Assembly (NCBI GenBank): GCA_036172245.1
Contig: JAYWIR010000002.1
Span: 4,650,001-4,714,000 of the forward strand
Reading direction: 5' to 3'
Source of the DNA: Raillietiella orientalis
Taxonomy: Eukaryota
Length of the DNA stretch: 64,000 nt
Shown here: positions 62,017-64,000 of the stretch, piece after piece
Layout of the letters: the number at the start of each line of letters is the position of its first letter
How positions within the stretch are numbered: the first letter of the stretch is position 1
The notes under the pieces: model-generated
What the model was told of the DNA's origin: nothing
The model's input: only the letters and a program-made list of their open reading frames with translations
Databases searched by the model: none
Translations under genes and position numbers: made by a program

Positions 62017-62844
62017 TACATTCTTCGTGGTAGGACCGTTGGTTCTACCACGTGCATAATACCCGCCGAAGAGCAGTGCGCAGACCAGCGAGGTCCGCTT
62101 CGGCAGCGTCGGGGAAGGGAACAAAAACAAAAAAGTAAACAAGCAAAACAGGGGAGGGGTAATTTTACACGGGGTGGGAGAAGGGATCAAGGAAGGGATC
62201 ACGGTACGCTGCCAGGCTTGTTCTGCATCCTGTTCAGGATGCTGGCAAGTTCCGTCCGTGTAGCGCCCAGGTGGGGCCACCACGAAGCGGTCTTCAGGAA
62301 GATCCACACCTAGTGGATGGCGTCCCTGACATTTTGGTCTCTTCTTCTGGCATTTCAGCCAGTCGCGATCCCTCAAGAACAGCGGAGAACTGAGAGGGGC
62401 GCGGCTGGTGGCAGTGCAACACCACGCACGAAAAGGCTTCTGAAAATGGCCCTGGAGCTGCTAGCCGAAAATCCGAGGGTCGTCGCGAGGCGATCCCAAA
62501 GGGGTCGGAGGGCAGCACAGTCCAACAGAAGATGCGGGAGTGTCTCCTTCTTCCCACACCTGTCGCACTGAGCGTCCACGCTCCCCCCATGTCCAGTGGT
62601 GGAGGCGCTCTTCTCATGGGATTCCCCCATGCAACACCAGCAACGCCGACTCCTGCCACTCGAAGGGGAGGGCGCCGCTGTTCCAGCACGCTGGGAGCCA
62701 CTTCACCTCTTCAGAAAGGGTTTCGAGCAGCTCTTCCCAGCGTACAAGTCCGTGGGGTGGGACACTTGGGGTCGCAGCGTCCGTCACTTCCCGAGTTCTT
62801 CACCCACCCAGAAGTCTCGTCTTTGCTGCTGTGCAGCAAGTCAC
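62017..62844 (-). mobile_element. Family B LINE 3' fragment, second copy
   Basis: About 5 differences from bases 1-785 by eye, then diverged homology to ~62844. The true 3' end may extend below 62017. Confidence 0.9.
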
Positions 62845-62849
62845 ATTTT

Positions 62850-63630
62850 TAATGATGGGAAGCCTTTGTCCCAGCTTTTTTGGGGGGAAGGAGGTTTTTT
62901 TTTTCGTTCTCCGAATACTGAAGGACGTTTGCTTAGGGGTTCACAAAGTTTGCTTAGGGGTTCTCGAGTGGTGTGGACAGCATTTTGATGCTGTCCACAC
63001 CACTTGAGGGTGCCTATAGTAACTTTTCAAGTTGGGGGGTAACCCCGGAGGGACCACCTTATGAATCCAGGAAGGGATTTGGAGAGAGGAGTCTGTTCCT
63101 CTGACTCTTGACAAGGAACCCTGAAGGGAACCTCTTCCTTGTTCTTTCCTGAAGGATCCCCGGAGGGGAGACCACTCCATTATTTCTTCTCCAGAGGGAA
63201 CGCGGAAAGGATCTGCTTCCTGATTCCTCCTCCTCTGGGAATCCCAAAGGGATGCTCCCCATTTTTTCTGAAGGGTCGTCCCTCGAAGGAATCAGCACGC
63301 TTCTTGACTCTCTGGGGAGGTATCGATCAACCAGCTCCTTGGTACACGATGGAAGGCCCCTTTCCTCCCCAGAGGGAGGCGGGGACGGCTCCATTTGCAC
63401 AACCGAGGGGAACCCCAAAGGGAACGGACTCGTGTGGATCCCTTGAAGTTGACCCTGGAGGGTCGCCTTCCAACCCATCGTCAGGGCATCCGGTTTTTAC
63501 CAGCTTCTACCAGTGCCGCAACTGAATAGGCCAACCAGCGTCCTCTTGGGGTGGGGTGGGGGGGACTCGCAACCGACGGCGCACCTTTCATTTCTCTCCA
63601 TCGATCCTTCCCCGGTTGGGATTCGAGGTG
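62850..63630 (-). repeat. RepA SINE-like repeat (copy e, empty target site)
   Basis: Minus strand: CTCGAATCCC (B-box relic), GAAGGATCG..AGAAATGA, a single GGCACTGGT (63509-63517), then the full body and an A-rich end. Confidence 0.8.
62967..63004. other. Perfect 17-bp hairpin within RepA copy e
   Basis: AGTGGTGTGGACAGCAT-TTTG-ATGCTGTCCACACCACT. Confidence 0.9.
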
Positions 63631-64000
63631 CTGTAAAGTGGACAATCCGGTAGGGGTTGCGTGCGAGGTGGGGTGAAGAGCGGGAGATGGAATAAAAGAG
63701 AACCTCGAGACAATTCAGACAGTGTGAGTCGTAATCGACAAGGCCTCTCATCCCCCCCCCCTCCCTTCCTCTATCTTCGCAAGCTCCCCCGAGCATGGTC
63801 GATCACCACCGTGGGGCCGCATCCACCTCCATTTGTCCATTTATAAAATGCCCTCTCCACCCACCTTCCCCTTCCTCCTTGGTCATGTTCTCAGTGAGTC
63901 CTTCTAAAGAAGGAAGATCTTGCTGCCGTGTTCTTATTCATTTATTTGCAGTAAGTGGCCTCCGGGATGTGTCTGAATGTGAGGACCACACTCAGATCGA

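Overview
Repeat-rich animal genomic DNA, probably arthropod (inferred from an arthropod-style OGDH fragment and a RASSF9/10-type gene). Only one host CDS is convincing: a single-coding-exon N-terminal RASSF (RASSF9/10-like) gene at 28467-29777 (+). The rest is mostly transposon relics: several Tx1/L1-clade LINE copies (one near full-length but disabled, 1545-6520), five copies of a ~0.7 kb tRNA-headed SINE-like repeat (called RepA here), three AT-rich foldback/MITE-like DNA elements, decayed BEL/Pao and RTE-like fragments, a probable Chapaev/Transib-like transposase relic and an OGDH pseudogene fragment. The most interesting signal is that two copies of one LINE family sit antisense at the same nucleotide of RepA (one with a 9-bp GGCACTGGT duplication; empty sites at 20.4 and 63.5 kb), while a second LINE family twice follows the RepA 3' end. 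This suggests SINE-targeting retrotransposons. A very GC-rich zone (~8-28 kb) appears to hold AT->GC-shifted homologues of repeats that are AT-rich elsewhere. All alignments were done by eye, so boundaries of decayed elements are approximate.
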